Part shown: positions 21,826 to 24,000 of the stretch, piece after piece
Position numbering within the stretch: the stretch's first letter is position 1
How the letters are laid out: each line of letters begins with the position of its first letter
NCBI GenBank assembly: GCA_903899825.1
Contig: CAIUKU010000178.1
Location: forward strand, 2,961-26,960
Length of the DNA stretch: 24,000 bases
From: an uncultured Bacteroidales bacterium
GTDB lineage: Bacteria > Bacteroidota > Bacteroidia > Bacteroidales > JACABE01
Reading direction: 5' to 3'
Notes under the pieces: generated by a model
The model's database searches: none
The model's input: only the letters and a program-made list of their open reading frames with translations
What the model was told of the DNA's origin: nothing
Position numbers and translations under genes: made by a program

Positions 21826-22602
21826 ATGATGAATTTATTTTTACAGGCATCTTTGCTCATTTGGATACTGCTAAGTCTCTTATGGATTTGGAGCACAATC
21901 ATAAAAAATGTTAGTATCATTGACCTTTTTTGGGGTTTTGGTTTTGTAGTAGTTAATGCATTCTATGTATTTATGTCGGGTGAATTAAATGCCAGAAAGA
22001 TACTGATATTGATATTGGTTAGCATTTGGGGTTTAAGGCTTGCCATTTATCTTGCCTTTAGGAATATTGGCAAAGGAGAAGATTACAGGTATCAGGAATT
22101 CAGAAGAAAATATGGTGAAGCGCGTTATTGGTGGTTCAGTTATTTTCAAACATTCTTGTTGCAAGGCATTTTGATGATGATAGTATCATTGCCCTTATTA
22201 GGGATTAGCAAAACTAATTATTCAGGAAATCTGAATCTGCTTGATTACCTGGGAATTTTAATTTGGTTGATTGGTTTTGCTTTTGAAGCAGGAGGAGATT
22301 TTCAATTATCACGTTTTAAGCGAGATATCCAAAATAAAGGAAAGGTATTGAATACAGGTTTTTGGAAATATACAAGGCATCCCAACTATTTTGGCGATTC
22401 GGCTGTGTGGTGGGCTTATGCACTAATATGTATTGCAGCCGGAAGTTACTGGCCGATTTTGGGTTCCATTGTTATGACTTTGCTGATTATCAAAGTATCG
22501 GGTGTGGCCTTGCTTGAAAAAAACCTCAAGCATACAAAACCACAATACAAAGAATACATCCGGAAGACAAGTTCTTTTTTCCCTTTCTTCCCAAAAAAAT
22601 AA
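21826..22602 (+). CDS. DUF1295 membrane protein (steroid-reductase/ICMT-like clan)
   Basis: GEDYRYQEFRRKYGE..WWFSYFQTFLLQG and TGFWKYTRHPNYFGD motifs, multiple TM helices. Confidence 0.75.
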   Translation: MMNLFLQASLLIWILLSLLWIWSTIIKNVSIIDLFWGFGFVVVNAFYVFMSGELNARKILILILVSIWGLRLAIYLAFRNIGKGEDYRYQEFRRKYGEARYWWFSYFQTFLLQGILMMIVSLPLLGISKTNYSGNLNLLDYLGILIWLIGFAFEAGGDFQLSRFKRDIQNKGKVLNTGFWKYTRHPNYFGDSAVWWAYALICIAAGSYWPILGSIVMTLLIIKVSGVALLEKNLKHTKPQYKEYIRKTSSFFPFFPKK

Positions 22603-22608
22603 GCAAGC

Positions 22609-23349
22609 ATGGATTTTATCTTTAAAAATATCTGGTTTATACTTTTTGTTGCATGGGGCTTACCGTTAACATATTACAGAAGCAAATTTCGTAAAATAGT
22701 TTACCAAACCGATAGCTGGATGATTAACATTAAGCCTGTCTTTTTTAAAGAAATCAAAGGACTTTTTGGAAACATATTTCCTGATAATAATGCATACAAA
22801 AAGTTCAGAAACTTTTATCTTTTTTACCTTACAATTTATTTGCTTTTATTTATTACATATTTAGTTTTTGATAAAAACTCCGAAAAAATGGAAAAACTAG
22901 TTTTAGGGAGCAGCGTTCCTACATTTGAATTAAATGATCAGAATGGCAAATTATTTTCATTGGCTTCAGTTTTAGGCAAGAAGAATCTGGTGATTTATTT
23001 TTATCCCAAGGACGACAGCCCTGGATGTACCAAAGAAGCGTGTTCGTTTCGTGACCAGTTTGAAGTGTTTGCCAATGCAGATGCCATCATAATTGGAATA
23101 AGTGCCCAATCTGTTGAAAGCCATTTTGAGTTTGCCAAAAAACATCGGCTGAATTACATTTTACTGAGTGACACTGGAAATAAAGTACGCAAATTATTCG
23201 GCGTTCCGTCCAGCTTTTTTGGATTGATTCCCGGAAGAGTTACATATGTTATAAACAAAGAAGGGAAAGTTGCCTATTTATTTGATTCTCAAATTCAAGC
23301 TGAAAAACACGTTGATGAAGCTTTACGCATACTAAAGGGATTGAAATAA
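22609..23349 (+). CDS. bcp: Peroxiredoxin Bcp (AhpC/TSA) with a roughly 93-aa N-terminal membrane extension
   Basis: PTFELNDQNGKLFSL...NLVIYFYPKDDSPGCTKEACSFRD (CxxxxC Bcp active site). The frame is open from 22609 through two hydrophobic segments. An internal start at 22888 (MEKLVLG) would give a canonical soluble Bcp. Confidence 0.8.
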   Translation: MDFIFKNIWFILFVAWGLPLTYYRSKFRKIVYQTDSWMINIKPVFFKEIKGLFGNIFPDNNAYKKFRNFYLFYLTIYLLLFITYLVFDKNSEKMEKLVLGSSVPTFELNDQNGKLFSLASVLGKKNLVIYFYPKDDSPGCTKEACSFRDQFEVFANADAIIIGISAQSVESHFEFAKKHRLNYILLSDTGNKVRKLFGVPSSFFGLIPGRVTYVINKEGKVAYLFDSQIQAEKHVDEALRILKGLK

Positions 23350-23410
23350 AAACATATAAAATACTCGATGGAAATGATTGAAAAATTTCTTACGATTTGG
23401 TATTTTTATG

Positions 23411-23462
23411 ATATATTCCTCAGGTTTTGCTAAAAATCATTATTTTTGAACAAGATTATTAT
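23411..23462 (+). promoter_or_regulatory. 52-bp promoter-like repeat, copy 2
   Basis: 47/52 identical to 19572-19623. TATTTTTG at 23441-23448, about 70 nt upstream of the ATG at 23521. Confidence 0.55.
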
Positions 23463-23520
23463 ACCGAGGTTTTTGACAAATTGACCTTAAAGCTAAAATG
23501 AAAACCAACATAAAATCAAA

Positions 23521-24000
23521 ATGACAATGAAATATATTTTGACAACTTTATTTCTGTTTATTATAGAAGGATCATTCGCTCAATCAAAATTTCCTGACTT
23601 TTTGCAGGGGACCTGGAAAATGGGAAACAAAGAAATATATGAGCATTGGGACAAACTTAATGAAAATACCTTAAAAGGATTTTCTTATGAATTGAAAGGC
23701 AGGCAAATGACAATTTCTGAATACCTTGACATTTCACGTCTCAAAAAAGAAATCACCTATACTGCTACTGTGCTTAACCAAAATCAAAGCAAGGGAATAA
23801 ATTTTAAGCTAACGAAAACGGACAGCACATTTACTTTTGAAAATCCTGATCACGATTTTCCTAAAAAGATTGTATATCAAAAACTGAGCGACACAGAAAT
23901 ATTTGTGCAGGTATCAGACGGCAAGCAAAAAATCTTTGCATACAAGATGCAAAAGCAGCTTCAGGAAAATACCTCCAATGACACAACTGTATCAAACCCG
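23521..24000 (+). CDS. Secreted protein of unknown function, 3'-truncated by the window edge
   Basis: Absent from the ORF track because no stop is reached. ATG at 23521, signal peptide MTMKYILTTLFLFIIEGSFAQ, then FLQGTWKMGNKEIYEHWDK...HDFPKKIVYQK. Open to position 24000. Confidence 0.6.
   Translation, partial: MTMKYILTTLFLFIIEGSFAQSKFPDFLQGTWKMGNKEIYEHWDKLNENTLKGFSYELKGRQMTISEYLDISRLKKEITYTATVLNQNQSKGINFKLTKTDSTFTFENPDHDFPKKIVYQKLSDTEIFVQVSDGKQKIFAYKMQKQLQENTSNDTTVSNP

Overview
AT-rich window with Bacteroidota hallmarks: TAnnTTTG -7 promoter boxes, a T9SS C-terminal sorting domain and tightly packed genes. All calls come from reading the translations and DNA by eye; no searches were run. Positions 1-13535 form one plus-strand metalloid/anion resistance island. 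It starts with an ArsP-type CxC permease, a DGC-domain protein, a rhodanese domain lacking its catalytic Cys, a bitopic double-thioredoxin protein, a lipoprotein and an outer-membrane barrel. A fluoride riboswitch-crcB-DUF190 cassette follows. Next comes a nine-gene, ArsR-headed, very tightly spaced gene string: arsR, a secreted Trx-like protein, a MacB/FtsX-type ABC permease and ATPase, LMW-PTP arsC, a Cys-rich bitopic mini-protein, a CcdA/DsbD_2 (ArsG-like) membrane protein, hgcA and hgcB. After it lie arsM, a 66-aa Cys-rich ORF bracketed by two copies of a CACAGAG-box hairpin repeat, and acr3. The main point of interest is a textbook hgcAB pair (NVWCAAGK cap helix; 2x[4Fe-4S] ferredoxin ending in CC) sitting inside an arsenic operon next to arsM. 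Almost every protein in this locus also carries CxC/CC cysteine tails. Positions 13536-24000 hold housekeeping and accessory genes: a T9SS cargo protein, YdeI, cytochrome b561, DUF3795 plus an ICMT-like methyltransferase, a DAK2-DegV fusion, DUF1295 and a membrane-extended Bcp. This region also contains two gene relics (a T9SS CTD fragment and a tyrosine-recombinase C-terminus) and two pairs of duplicated promoter-like segments. No rRNA, tRNA, CRISPR array, intact transposase or mer genes were seen.
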